Virus record (IMG/VR): IMGVR_UViG_3300014775_001868
Span: 3,061-67,060 of that record
Source of the DNA: a virus
Taxonomy: Duplodnaviria; Caudoviricetes
DNA: 64,000 nt
Strand: one strand, 5' to 3'
Made by a program: the position numbers and the translations under genes. Below are positions 29,815-39,808 of the stretch, piece after piece. The notes under the pieces are model-generated. The model saw only the letters and a list, made by a program, of their open reading frames with translations, was not told the origin of the DNA and searched no databases. The number at the start of each line of letters is the position of its first letter. The stretch's first letter is position 1.

Positions 29815-30921
29815 CATTTCTTCTATAGACATATTTTTATTTAATTCTTGTTGTGTTTCGGGATAACAATAATTTAAATAAGGACATATTTTACCATAAT
29901 TATCTAAACATTTAGAATATTTACTATCAGGAGAATGTTCTTTATAGAACATTCTTTCTTCTATCATTTTTACTCTAAAAAAGAAATTCTCTACTATATC
30001 TTTCATTCTTTTTTTATCTACTTTTACTAAATTTAAATTTTGATATTTTATATTTTCAATCCCTATAAATTTAACTTCTTTTCCTGTTAATTTTTCATAT
30101 GCGTAAGCATATATATATAATTGTTCATTATTAGATACATGTAATAAATCCATTTCAGAAGCTGAAGATTTATAATCTATAATACCGATACCAGTTTCAC
30201 CTTCATATGAATAAATTCCAATTTTATCAATATAAGCTCTTAATAAATATTTTTCATTATCTGTTATATAACAAGGATTTAAAATTTCTTGGGTTTCTTT
30301 ATCTAAATGACTTAGACCAAATTCTACAAATAATACTTCTTGTTCTTCTTCTGGTTTTTTATAAATAGATAACCAACGAAATGATTCCGCATATAATTCA
30401 CTTATTTCAAATTCAAAATTTGTTTGTGAATATTTTTGAAAATAACTATTTATATTTTCTTTTAATTCATCTAAATTTAATTTTTTAACTTCATTTTTCC
30501 AATCAGTAGTAAAGGTAGGATTCTTTGCAATTCCGCCATCTTTTTTTCTAATAGCATCTTTTTCATTATAATCTTTAGATGCTCTTGTATATAAAGTTTG
30601 AATATGTTTATTATATTCTTTTAAATGTTCAATAATATCTTGATTAATAGAATCTTCTATAACACCACTTGAAATTAAAGTATCTATAAATACTAAATCT
30701 AAACATTCTAATAAATCTTTATTTTCAAGATTCATTAATTCTAAACTATTATGACATATACTTCCTAAAAGGGTAGAATAAGAAAAAGAATATTCCCTTA
30801 ATCCTAATACATATTGATATTCATAATATTTAGAACAAAGGGAATATGATTTTAATTTACTTACTGAAAAGGTTTCCTGATTACTATATGGAATCCTTTT
30901 AATAGCATAAGAGGGTTGCAT
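29800..30921 (-). CDS. PD-(D/E)XK exonuclease, Cas4/RecB-like
   Basis: SVSKLKSYSLC, GSICH, EFGL, RAYIDKI, IIDYKS, QLYIYAYA, and C-terminal C-x7-C-x5-C Fe-S-type cysteines. Confidence 0.88.
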   Translation of the reverse strand: MQPSYAIKRIPYSNQETFSVSKLKSYSLCSKYYEYQYVLGLREYSFSYSTLLGSICHNSLELMNLENKDLLECLDLVFIDTLISSGVIEDSINQDIIEHLKEYNKHIQTLYTRASKDYNEKDAIRKKDGGIAKNPTFTTDWKNEVKKLNLDELKENINSYFQKYSQTNFEFEISELYAESFRWLSIYKKPEEEQEVLFVEFGLSHLDKETQEILNPCYITDNEKYLLRAYIDKIGIYSYEGETGIGIIDYKSSASEMDLLHVSNNEQLYIYAYAYEKLTGKEVKFIGIENIKYQNLNLVKVDKKRMKDIVENFFFRVKMIEERMFYKEHSPDSKYSKCLDNYGKICPYLNYCYPETQQELNKNMSIEEMLKSL

Positions 30922-30977
30922 ATAAATACATTTTTTTTATTTTTACCCTCTAATTATATCACATATATACTCCTGCG

Positions 30978-31511
30978 TTATATTGAATAAATAAAATTAT
31001 TAACATAATAATTAATTAATAAACTATCAGCTATACCATCTGAATATTCTGTTTTTCTTTTTATATGTAAATTATATTTATTAGACCAATAAATATTAGA
31101 TAAATTTACATTAGGAAATAGAGTTTTGCATATTAATAAATTTCTATATTTATTATCTTTTAATTTTTTTAAATAAGTTGTATTTTTAGGTATTTTAGAT
31201 TTAATAGATATTTTTTTTAATTTACTAGACCAAGTGGAAGGATGAATTTCATATAATTCAAAATTTAAAGTCATCAAGATACCTTTCAAAATACCACAAT
31301 GTTCTATAGTTTTTGAATTTAAATATTGTGATTCTATATAACAAATATAATTTTTATTTTTATATTTTTTTAAGATACCAATAATAAAAAAATAATCTAT
31401 TTTATATTTTTTATTTTCTCTTTTTACTGGCATAGGATATATATAATATCTTGTATTAGTTTGAATACAGATAGCGCCTTCATATCCTGGATCTATTGTT
31501 ATTAAATGCAT
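30978..31511 (-). CDS. RuvC-like Holliday junction resolvase
   Basis: ITIDPG, YIESQ and DGIADSLLI acidic catalytic motifs. Confidence 0.75.
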   Translation of the reverse strand: MHLITIDPGYEGAICIQTNTRYYIYPMPVKRENKKYKIDYFFIIGILKKYKNKNYICYIESQYLNSKTIEHCGILKGILMTLNFELYEIHPSTWSSKLKKISIKSKIPKNTTYLKKLKDNKYRNLLICKTLFPNVNLSNIYWSNKYNLHIKRKTEYSDGIADSLLINYYVNNFIYSI

Positions 31512-31860
31512 AGTTAAACTTCTTACTGCGTATTTTTATATCCCAGTATGTAGTAACTATAGCGTATAAAGAATCATTTTGTTTAAGAGAAACTACAGAT
31601 AAACCTCTTAATTTATCAATATAAGGTTCATAAATAGTATTTAAAAGACATCTATCAGTAATAATATGTTTTTTAGCTCCATGAGAATGAAAAGATTTAC
31701 CATATATAATAGCTATCTTTAACATTTCATGTGTAATAGCTCTTTGAGCTTTTCTTTTTTCTACATGATTTTTTTCAATTCCATCTATATAAATTAAATT
31801 ACAATTTATCTTTTTATCATTTTTAGCAAGAGTATCAATTTTTCTCTTGCTTTTATCCAC
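31480..31860 (-). CDS. DUF4258-like protein
   Basis: HVEKRKAQRAIT...AIIYG and C-terminal IVTTY match the DUF4258 pattern (H...R...R.I). Confidence 0.65.
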   Translation of the reverse strand: MDKSKRKIDTLAKNDKKINCNLIYIDGIEKNHVEKRKAQRAITHEMLKIAIIYGKSFHSHGAKKHIITDRCLLNTIYEPYIDKLRGLSVVSLKQNDSLYAIVTTYWDIKIRSKKFNYAFNNNRSRI

Positions 31861-32221
31861 TTGTTTTAAATTCCTCCGATAATTCTAAAATGTTAGGATA
31901 GAATTCGTTATAAAAACTAATTTTATAATTTAAAAATTTGGGAAGAACTTTAATATTTAATTTTTCTATTTTGTCAGATAGAAAAATATTTTGATACATT
32001 TTATTTAACTTAGATAGATCTATTTTATTACTAATCATATAAGAGATATCCTTATAAAATTCAGTAACTTCTTCTATATTAATTTTATTTAAATCTTTCT
32101 CAGCGGCTAAAAGTTCAGAAACTTTAAAATCAATTACCATAAAGCCTTCAAGAGTAGTTAAATCTTTTTCTCTTAAAGAAAAACTAACATTAGAAAGAAT
32201 ATTAAATAATAAGCTTTTCAT
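31853..32221 (-). CDS. hypothetical protein
   Basis: 122-aa ORF overlapping its neighbours. Confidence 0.5.
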   Translation of the reverse strand: MKSLLFNILSNVSFSLREKDLTTLEGFMVIDFKVSELLAAEKDLNKINIEEVTEFYKDISYMISNKIDLSKLNKMYQNIFLSDKIEKLNIKVLPKFLNYKISFYNEFYPNILELSEEFKTSG

Positions 32222-32729
32222 ATTCGGTCTCCCATTTAGGTTTTTTAATTTTAGATAATAAGAATCTTCTTCTATAAAAAGAAGGTAAATAAGATAAATC
32301 TTTTATTATTTTTTTATGAGATTTAGTTAATACACCTCTATTTTGTAATAATTCTAAATTAGGAAAAAATTTATTATATGATCTTAAATGAAAATCTCGA
32401 AAATATTGATAAATCAAATTTCCCATTTTAAATTCAATAGATCTACGATTATTTATTTCATATTCAATATCATATAAAGTATAAATTTTTTCTTTTAATT
32501 TTTGAATACATAATTCTAATCCATAAGTTTCTCCTTCTTTATTTGATATTAATTCCATTTCAAATTGCATTCCTTTTATAGTATGTAAATAATTATCTAT
32601 ACAATATGAAGTATTTACAGCTGTACTTAAGGTTTGTCTTTTCCAAGTTTTAAAATTTAAAATTAATATTGGAAAAGGATATACAACATTTGTATATATA
32701 TAAGGTGATATATATAATAAACCTTTCAT
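32202..32729 (-). CDS. hypothetical protein
   Basis: 175-aa ORF coupled to the primase gene. Confidence 0.5.
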   Translation of the reverse strand: MKGLLYISPYIYTNVVYPFPILILNFKTWKRQTLSTAVNTSYCIDNYLHTIKGMQFEMELISNKEGETYGLELCIQKLKEKIYTLYDIEYEINNRRSIEFKMGNLIYQYFRDFHLRSYNKFFPNLELLQNRGVLTKSHKKIIKDLSYLPSFYRRRFLLSKIKKPKWETEYEKLII

Positions 32730-33958
32730 ACTAATTTCATTAAATAATCAATACAACTATAATCTTTAGGAATAACTTCAGTTAAAATACTCAAATCTTT
32801 ATCTTTTAATTTACATAATTTTGCTAATTCTATATGTTTACTAAAATCATATTTATATTCTTCTATCAAAAAATCTAACAAATCAATAGAAGAATTATAG
32901 ATATTTTTTATAGCTTTTTTATAAGAATAATTAAGAAAATAATCATTAATATCTTTACCTAATTCAGGAGGGACCATCCATACTTTAAAATTAAGATTAG
33001 GTAACATATGTTGTAAATTTATCAATTCAGGTAAAATCCTACTCCAACTTTTATATTGATTAGGATATATAGGATGATCTAAAGGAAATCTATCATTATC
33101 AAAGACACATATTATTTGTTTTAAATCTTTAAATTTAAAATAATGACTTGATAATTTTTCTATACCTAACATACCTAAAACAGGAATACCATATTGATAT
33201 AAAGTGAATGAATCAGTACATCCTTCAGTTAAAATTACTGTTTTTTTATTTTTATAATTATTTAAATTATTTTCAAATAATAAATATTGAGTAATTTTTG
33301 TTTTATAAGTTTTAGAACATTTATATCTAGAGATTAAGTCTTCACCTGTATCATCTTTAGGAATATCATTTATATATCTACCATTAAGATGAACTAATTT
33401 ATTATTTCTAGAATAGATAGGAAAAATTATTCTATTTCTAAAATAATCATTTCCATATTCATCTACTAAGTTATGTTTTTTTAATAATGTTTTATCTACA
33501 TCATACAGTTTTAATAAATTAAAAGAAGGGGCGTAACCTATCATATAAGTTTCTAAAAATTCAGATAAAAATCCTCTTTTTTTCAAATAGTTAATAGCTA
33601 CTTTCCCTTCTTTAGAAAATAAATAATTATTATAAATAGAAATAATATGAGTTAAGAATTCATTTCTTTCATCATAAATTTTAGAATTATTAATACCAGC
33701 ATTATTTTCTAATTCTAATAAAGCTTCATTATAAGAATAATTATTTCTATAAGCATAGAAATTAATAATATCTTTAAATTTATTTAAAGAACATTTTGTA
33801 GAAAAACATTTAACGCCAGTATCATATAGATAAAATTTATTTCTTTTATGACATTCTGGACAAGTATTAGCTCCTTTTTTTAAATCAGGAAATAATGAAT
33901 TACCAGAATAAATATTTAAAATATTTTGAATTCGTTGTTTATATTCTTCATTAAGCAC
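32726..33958 (-). CDS. dnaG: DnaG-type primase
   Basis: N-terminal Zn ribbon CPEC...CFSTKC; YLKKRG, IGYAP, FRNRIIFPI, GR; TOPRIM motifs TEGCTD and VFDND. Confidence 0.92.
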   Translation of the reverse strand: MLNEEYKQRIQNILNIYSGNSLFPDLKKGANTCPECHKRNKFYLYDTGVKCFSTKCSLNKFKDIINFYAYRNNYSYNEALLELENNAGINNSKIYDERNEFLTHIISIYNNYLFSKEGKVAINYLKKRGFLSEFLETYMIGYAPSFNLLKLYDVDKTLLKKHNLVDEYGNDYFRNRIIFPIYSRNNKLVHLNGRYINDIPKDDTGEDLISRYKCSKTYKTKITQYLLFENNLNNYKNKKTVILTEGCTDSFTLYQYGIPVLGMLGIEKLSSHYFKFKDLKQIICVFDNDRFPLDHPIYPNQYKSWSRILPELINLQHMLPNLNFKVWMVPPELGKDINDYFLNYSYKKAIKNIYNSSIDLLDFLIEEYKYDFSKHIELAKLCKLKDKDLSILTEVIPKDYSCIDYLMKLV

Positions 33959-35150
33959 TTTTACATTTCCTTTCTAACTCCTTAATAAAATTAATATATT
34001 TAGGTTCAATAAAACAAGCTTTAATAAAATCATCTTTAGTTCCAATTAATCTTAAACCTTGAGGTGATCTAACTCTAGATAAAGCGACTGCTAATCCTCC
34101 ACTAAGTCTAGAAAGAAAATTTTCTTTTAAATATACTTGAGCTTTATCAATAGTTAAACCTTGTGTTCTATGTACGGTTAAAGCGGAACCTAATCTTAAA
34201 GGTAAATATTCTATTTTACCTATTCTTCCATTTTTACCTATAACATTACTATAACGAGTAGTTGTAGATATAATCTTTTCACTATTATCTCTTAATAAAG
34301 TGACAATAACAAAATTATCTCCACATTCTTTTATATGTCCTAAATCACCATTTACATAACCTTGTTGTTTATTATTATTTAATAAAACAACAAGAGCATT
34401 CTTTTTTAAAATAATTTCATTAGGAATATTTTTCCAATCACTTAATTGAGGACCCGTTCTTATAGATTTATAAGAATATTCTTTCCCTGCTAATTCTTTC
34501 AATTTTTTATAATTAAAAGTATCTACTTTATTATTAGTACTAAAAAAAGTAGAACCATCAAAATTTTCATCTATTCTTTGACTAAATTCTATATTTTCAA
34601 AAAACCAATCAGCTATATCTTTTGCTTTTCCTAATCTAATTTGATTTAAAGCTTCAATAAAATCTTGATTTTCTTGTCTATAAATTTTTGTTCTATATTC
34701 TACTTCAAATAAATTCCAAGCAGGGACTTCAAAAAAAGAAGGTGTTTTATTATTTTTACTAATAACAGGTAATTGTCCTGGATCACCTAAACATAAAAGA
34801 GATAACGGTGAATTATTATTTTTATTAAAACGTAATAATTCTTGAATAATAAGAGTAAAAGAGATTCCATCCATCATAGATATTTCATCTAAAGCTATCC
34901 CTTTAAATTCTTTAGAAATCTCTTTAAATTTTTGAAATAAATAATTTGAATTTTTCAATAATTTAGAATATAAATCTTGAGCATTATAATATTGTAAAAG
35001 ACTATTAATAGTACAGCCACCAACATTTAAAGCACTAATACCAGTGGTAGAAGTAACAACAGCATAAGTAGGATCTTCTTCAATTAATTGATTTAAGGTA
35101 TAACTTTTACCACAACCAGGTGGACCAATAATAGCATTAAAAGTGTTCAT
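33951..35150 (-). CDS. Pif1/RecD-like SF1B helicase
   Basis: GPPGCGKS, LDEISM, GDPGQLP, YRQ, TNNKVD, ALTVHRTQGLT, VALSRVRS. Confidence 0.92.
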   Translation of the reverse strand: MNTFNAIIGPPGCGKSYTLNQLIEEDPTYAVVTSTTGISALNVGGCTINSLLQYYNAQDLYSKLLKNSNYLFQKFKEISKEFKGIALDEISMMDGISFTLIIQELLRFNKNNNSPLSLLCLGDPGQLPVISKNNKTPSFFEVPAWNLFEVEYRTKIYRQENQDFIEALNQIRLGKAKDIADWFFENIEFSQRIDENFDGSTFFSTNNKVDTFNYKKLKELAGKEYSYKSIRTGPQLSDWKNIPNEIILKKNALVVLLNNNKQQGYVNGDLGHIKECGDNFVIVTLLRDNSEKIISTTTRYSNVIGKNGRIGKIEYLPLRLGSALTVHRTQGLTIDKAQVYLKENFLSRLSGGLAVALSRVRSPQGLRLIGTKDDFIKACFIEPKYINFIKELERKCKSA

Positions 35151-36606
35151 GTATTTCTTCCTCTGAAGTTGTAATTACATAATCATAATTTTCTTTACAT
35201 ATTTTTTTTCTATTACTACTTTGTTTAGAAAAATAACCTTCATCTTCAAAATCTATAAAATAAGGTCTTAGATTTTTATTTCTATTTCTAATCAATCTAC
35301 CTAATTGTTGAATAATTTGATTTTGATTATTACCAGCGGCTACATTAATAGCAGCAGCTAAAGCATTAATAGAAATACCATCACTAAATATCTTTTCAGA
35401 AGCTAAACAAATATCACAATCATTATGTTCTAATTCTTTAATTATTTTATTTCTATCTGATACTTTTATATCTCCATGTATTATTCTAATTTCAAAATTA
35501 CATTCTGATAATAATTCTAATAATATTTCAGCATGTTCTTTTCTTTTAAATAAAATTAAAATAGGACCTTCTTCTAAATAAATTAATTTTTTAGCTAATC
35601 TTATAATTAAACTATTTCTATATTTATTTCTTACTATTAAATTTGTATAAGCTATGTTATATAATTTATGTGAATATTGACCTTGTAATCTAGTTAAAAC
35701 TTTAGGTGAACAAAAACAAGTTGGTGCTTTTATAAATAAAATCTTAGGATTTTCAATATAATTTTTTTGAATTCCTTCTTGTTGTTCAAATTTAATTAAT
35801 TTAGGTCCATAAACACATTCATTAAAAAAAGGTAATTTTACATTAGGAGTAGCAGAAGTAGCTAATTTATATTCAGCATTAATACAATTATTAATTACAC
35901 TAGCTCCTGTAGGATTACAATGTTTGTGTAATTCATCAATAATTAATACTTCTACTTTTTCTAAATAATCTAAAACTTTTTTTGAATTTGTTTTTAATTT
36001 AGAATAAATAGTATTAGGAATACAAATAGTAATAGGTTTAATATTAAAATTATTATTTCCTATAATTCCTATTTCTGATTTATCTATATTTAAATAAGTA
36101 GATAAATCTTTTTGAAATTGAATTAATAAATCAATAGTAGGAACCATTACTAAACGAATGGTATCTTTTTTAAAATGATTTAAAATTTCACTTATACAAT
36201 AAGATTTACCAAAAGAAGTAAAAGCTTGTAAATAACCTCTTTTTTTTTCTAAAGCTTTTTTTACATATTTAACTTGTTCAGGTCTTAATAATTCTTGTAA
36301 TTGATGTTCTTCTTTTAATTGAACTTTAGAATAAGTTCTTTCAAATTGAATATCATGATATTGATTAAAAAATTTTAAAAGAGGTGGTAATAATCCTGTT
36401 GGATAATATAAAACTTCATCCTTTTCTGAATATTCAAAAGGACTATAATAAAATTCATTTATTTTAGTAAGAACAGGATAACAATCTTTTATTAAACTTT
36501 TTGATTCTTCATCTATAAAAAAAGAGTAAGCATTTATAATAGTTTTAGCTTCTTCTTTTTTTATATTTACAGAACCTATTGTTGCATTAAATTTAAAAGT
36601 AACCAT
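35137..36606 (-). CDS. SF2 helicase, UvsW-like
   Basis: TSFGKS, VPTIDL, IIDELH, SATP, IHG, DGIS, QQLGRLIR. Confidence 0.88.
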   Translation of the reverse strand: MVTFKFNATIGSVNIKKEEAKTIINAYSFFIDEESKSLIKDCYPVLTKINEFYYSPFEYSEKDEVLYYPTGLLPPLLKFFNQYHDIQFERTYSKVQLKEEHQLQELLRPEQVKYVKKALEKKRGYLQAFTSFGKSYCISEILNHFKKDTIRLVMVPTIDLLIQFQKDLSTYLNIDKSEIGIIGNNNFNIKPITICIPNTIYSKLKTNSKKVLDYLEKVEVLIIDELHKHCNPTGASVINNCINAEYKLATSATPNVKLPFFNECVYGPKLIKFEQQEGIQKNYIENPKILFIKAPTCFCSPKVLTRLQGQYSHKLYNIAYTNLIVRNKYRNSLIIRLAKKLIYLEEGPILILFKRKEHAEILLELLSECNFEIRIIHGDIKVSDRNKIIKELEHNDCDICLASEKIFSDGISINALAAAINVAAGNNQNQIIQQLGRLIRNRNKNLRPYFIDFEDEGYFSKQSSNRKKICKENYDYVITTSEEEIHEHF

Positions 36607-36614
36607 AAATAAAT

Positions 36615-36646
36615 AAAGAGGAGGGTTTAATATCCTCCTCTTTTTT
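36615..36646. terminator. intrinsic terminator downstream of the SSB-like gene
   Basis: GAGGAGG(36618-24)/CCTCCTC(36634-40) stem flanked by A and T runs. Confidence 0.7.
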
Positions 36647-36666
36647 AAACTATATTTGCTTTATTT

Positions 36667-37920
36667 TTAATCTTCATCAAAAGGATTTACATCATCATCA
36701 TCTTCTTCTTCTACGACTACAGTTCTAAGAGGAGGTAAATCATTATCATAAACTACAGTTTGAGTATTTTCTAATTCAGAATTAGGAATAACTACATATT
36801 CAGCAGTCTTTTTAACTTCTTGTACTAACTCTTGTACTTTTTTCAATAAAGCTACATTAGGAGCATTAGCTTCAAAATGAAGATAATTCTTAGGTTGACC
36901 TGGAGCAATAAAAATACTTATTTCATTAAAATAAGGAATTTTACGAAGAGGATTATTTTGAATTTCAGGATTTTTAGATTTAGCTAGACTACTACAAAGA
37001 GTAGCATAACCTTCAACTTCTCTTACTTTTTCTTGACTATTCCATACACCAGATAAACCAGATTTTTTAGCTAGATTAATTTTTAGAAGAATAAAATCTT
37101 CATTTTCCAAATCTTCATTATCTTTTGCTAAATCAGAAATATCATAATGAGTAGTAATTATTTCTGGTTCATTTTTAGGATTTTTTTTATCTATTTTAAT
37201 AGTAGTAGTTTCAAAAGCAGTTACAGCAAAAATGATATAACTATTTTTGATATCACAAGTAACAGGTTTATTATTTACAGGATCAATATAAACTTCACCA
37301 TCTATTTTTAATACATTATCCCCTCGTTTAATGCACTCAGAACAGAGTCCATTTTTAGAACCAAACATACCTAACTTTTCTACCAAAGGGTTAGGTTTAC
37401 GAGGATTATAACCACCTACATAACTATTTCCTTTACTATCAGTAGCTTCATAATTATTATCCCATTGATATAATTGTTTCAATGGTTGAATATCAGGTTT
37501 TTTAGTAATATATTCATTTTGACTTTTATAACCAACTAAACGACAAGAAGTTTTATAAGATTCAGAATTTCCATCCCATTTACCCCATTTACTAGCAGCG
37601 GCTCCAATAGAAGCATGAGCAATATAACCAATAAGTTTGGTAATAGTACCTTTAATATTATCTAATTCTTCTGTAAAATCTTTATTATCAGGAAGAGACC
37701 ATTGAAATTCTCCATTATCATTTAACCATTTATTAGAAGATAGATAACGAATATTTTCAAATTGAGGTTCTTTACCATAAGATACTGTATTAGTATTAGC
37801 ACTCTCTTCAATATCTTCTAATAAATTATTAATCATATCTGCTGATAGCAGATCACTTCCCAATAAAGAATTAAGATTTTCTTGTGTTACAATTTCATTA
37901 CTCATAATAAATTTAACCAA
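36667..37920 (-). CDS. probable single-stranded DNA-binding/recombination protein
   Basis: Acidic C-terminal tail EEEDDDDVNPFDED; candidate Zn ligands (TSC, CSEC, VTC); replication cluster; flanked by hairpins. Confidence 0.5.
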   Translation of the reverse strand: MVKFIMSNEIVTQENLNSLLGSDLLSADMINNLLEDIEESANTNTVSYGKEPQFENIRYLSSNKWLNDNGEFQWSLPDNKDFTEELDNIKGTITKLIGYIAHASIGAAASKWGKWDGNSESYKTSCRLVGYKSQNEYITKKPDIQPLKQLYQWDNNYEATDSKGNSYVGGYNPRKPNPLVEKLGMFGSKNGLCSECIKRGDNVLKIDGEVYIDPVNNKPVTCDIKNSYIIFAVTAFETTTIKIDKKNPKNEPEIITTHYDISDLAKDNEDLENEDFILLKINLAKKSGLSGVWNSQEKVREVEGYATLCSSLAKSKNPEIQNNPLRKIPYFNEISIFIAPGQPKNYLHFEANAPNVALLKKVQELVQEVKKTAEYVVIPNSELENTQTVVYDNDLPPLRTVVVEEEDDDDVNPFDED

Positions 37921-37944
37921 TATTTTAATTTTTTTATAGGATAT

Positions 37945-37973
37945 TTTTTATATAGCCAAAGACTATATAAAAT
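37945..37973. promoter_or_regulatory. inverted repeat upstream of the SSB-like gene
   Basis: TTTTTATATAG-ccaaaga-CTATATAAAAA, a perfect 11-bp AT-rich inverted repeat with no clear U-tail on the - strand. Confidence 0.3.
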
Positions 37974-38021
37974 ACAGGCCTCTTTTAAAGAAATATAATT
38001 TAAATATATTGCTTGTTTAAG

Positions 38022-38684
38022 CTATAAAAGACCTTGTAAAAATTCAGGTTGTTCTTTCTTTTTAATAAAGAAATTTTCTAAAGTAGATGGATAAGAACCT
38101 TTATCTATAAAGAAAGACCATAATTCAGCTGAATTAGAATTTTTTACTAAATTTAAAAATTCTAAAGTACCTATTTTATTTAATTTATATTGTAATTTCC
38201 CTTCAATAGAAATCTCATATAAATTAATTAAATCTTCTATAGATACTTTCTTTTTATTTAATTTAACAAAAATAAGAATATTTGTTAATTCAGAATTTAA
38301 TTTAGTGGGATTATCTTTAAATTTATTCCAAAAATATTCAGCAGCTTCTAATTCAAATAAAGATTTTAATTTTTGATAATTATTAGAATATAATTTATTA
38401 TCTATATTTAATAATTCAACCCAATCTTTTTTAAATAAATTATTTTTAATAGATTTAGATGAAGTATTTAAATAAATAGTATTAAACTTATTTTTACTTT
38501 GTATATCTAAAATTTTATTTCCTATATATGAAATAAGATATACAGGTTTATTTAAAGGAGAACCTAATAATAATAAATTATAAACTTCTGTAGGATTATC
38601 TAATTCAATATAATTATAATTAATATTTTTTACTCTTAAATGATGTTTGAGTAATAAAATATTTTGTGTATTTAAATAAATCAC
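38022..38684 (-). CDS. possible clamp-loader small subunit (HolA/delta-like)
   Basis: ATGA-coupled to the DnaX-like gene; ELEAAEYFWNKF..NPTKLNSELTNI resembles the delta lid region. Confidence 0.4.
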   Translation of the reverse strand: MIYLNTQNILLLKHHLRVKNINYNYIELDNPTEVYNLLLLGSPLNKPVYLISYIGNKILDIQSKNKFNTIYLNTSSKSIKNNLFKKDWVELLNIDNKLYSNNYQKLKSLFELEAAEYFWNKFKDNPTKLNSELTNILIFVKLNKKKVSIEDLINLYEISIEGKLQYKLNKIGTLEFLNLVKNSNSAELWSFFIDKGSYPSTLENFFIKKKEQPEFLQGLL

Positions 38685-39808
38685 AATAAACTTAAAAGTT
38701 CATCAAAAGTTTGAGCTTGTAAGACATTTTTCTTTTCTAAGAAATCATCCATTTGTTTAATAGTTACTTCTGATTTTGGCTTTATTTTTTTTATCTTAGT
38801 TAACTTTTTATTTAAATAAATAGATAATAAACTTTTAATAGGATAACTATTAACTAAAGTTTTATATCTTAAAAGATCAGATAATAAAGAAATTCCATCT
38901 TCAGTTAAATAAGAGACTCCTTCAGTTAAAAAATCTATAAGGACAGAAGTAAGAATAGAATAATCTAAATCATCTATTTCTAAAGATAATCCGCTTTCTA
39001 AATTATTAATAATAGATTTAGCTACACTTTTATCTATACCTTTATATAAATAATCAGTTACTAATTCAGTAGTAATAGAACCGATACTTTCTAATTGAGA
39101 TACTGTATTCCAAGATTCTCTAAAGTTTTTTTTATTTTTTGCTATTAAATAAGCGGCATCATATTCTATTTCTCTTTGTTCAGAAATAGTTTCAGCTATT
39201 TGATTATAAGTATAAGGTTCCATTTTATAATGAACACATCTACTAACAATAGCTTCAGCCACAGCTGCATTTAATCTATATAATTTTTCTAAATCCATAG
39301 AAATTAGAATCCAAGTAGTAGTATCAATACTATGTTCTAAAGGTTCTAATAATTTAGAAATTAATTGATGACTCATTAATTCTGCTTCATCAATAATTAT
39401 AAATTTTCTATATTGATCTGGTCTTACATCTTTTGCTATAGGTAATGTTTTAGATTCTTCAATAAATTTATCTAAGACATTTTTAGCTTCTGTTAAATCA
39501 GAAATTGTGTAATATAAAATATTTGAAGTATCTTTACCTATACAAACATCACAATGACCACAACCTAAGTAACTACCTTCGGGTCTATTTTTACATAAAG
39601 TAGATCTAGCATAAATTAAAGTAGTAATAGATTTACCAACAGAGGGAGGCCCTGAAAATAACATACTACCAAAAGATAAATTAGCATCTATAGAATTCTT
39701 TTTACTATGTAAATTATTAGCTATTACTTGTTTTAAACTATTAGTTACTAAAGGTTGCCATTTTATTTCATCTAAATTTTTAGGGGCGTAATGTTTAAAT
39801 AGACTCAT
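38681..39808 (-). CDS. dnaX: clamp loader ATPase, DnaX (gamma/tau)-like
   Basis: HYAPKNLDEI, FSGPPSVGKS, Zn motif C...CGHCDVC, IIDEAE, LE..., IVSRC. Confidence 0.88.
   Translation of the reverse strand: MSLFKHYAPKNLDEIKWQPLVTNSLKQVIANNLHSKKNSIDANLSFGSMLFSGPPSVGKSITTLIYARSTLCKNRPEGSYLGCGHCDVCIGKDTSNILYYTISDLTEAKNVLDKFIEESKTLPIAKDVRPDQYRKFIIIDEAELMSHQLISKLLEPLEHSIDTTTWILISMDLEKLYRLNAAVAEAIVSRCVHYKMEPYTYNQIAETISEQREIEYDAAYLIAKNKKNFRESWNTVSQLESIGSITTELVTDYLYKGIDKSVAKSIINNLESGLSLEIDDLDYSILTSVLIDFLTEGVSYLTEDGISLLSDLLRYKTLVNSYPIKSLLSIYLNKKLTKIKKIKPKSEVTIKQMDDFLEKKNVLQAQTFDELLSLL

Noticed and set aside
29800-30921. CRISPR-Cas system suggested by the Cas4-like gene
   Set aside because: No repeat-spacer array or other cas genes; intergenic gaps are under about 150 bp. 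Solo Cas4-like exonucleases are common in phages.
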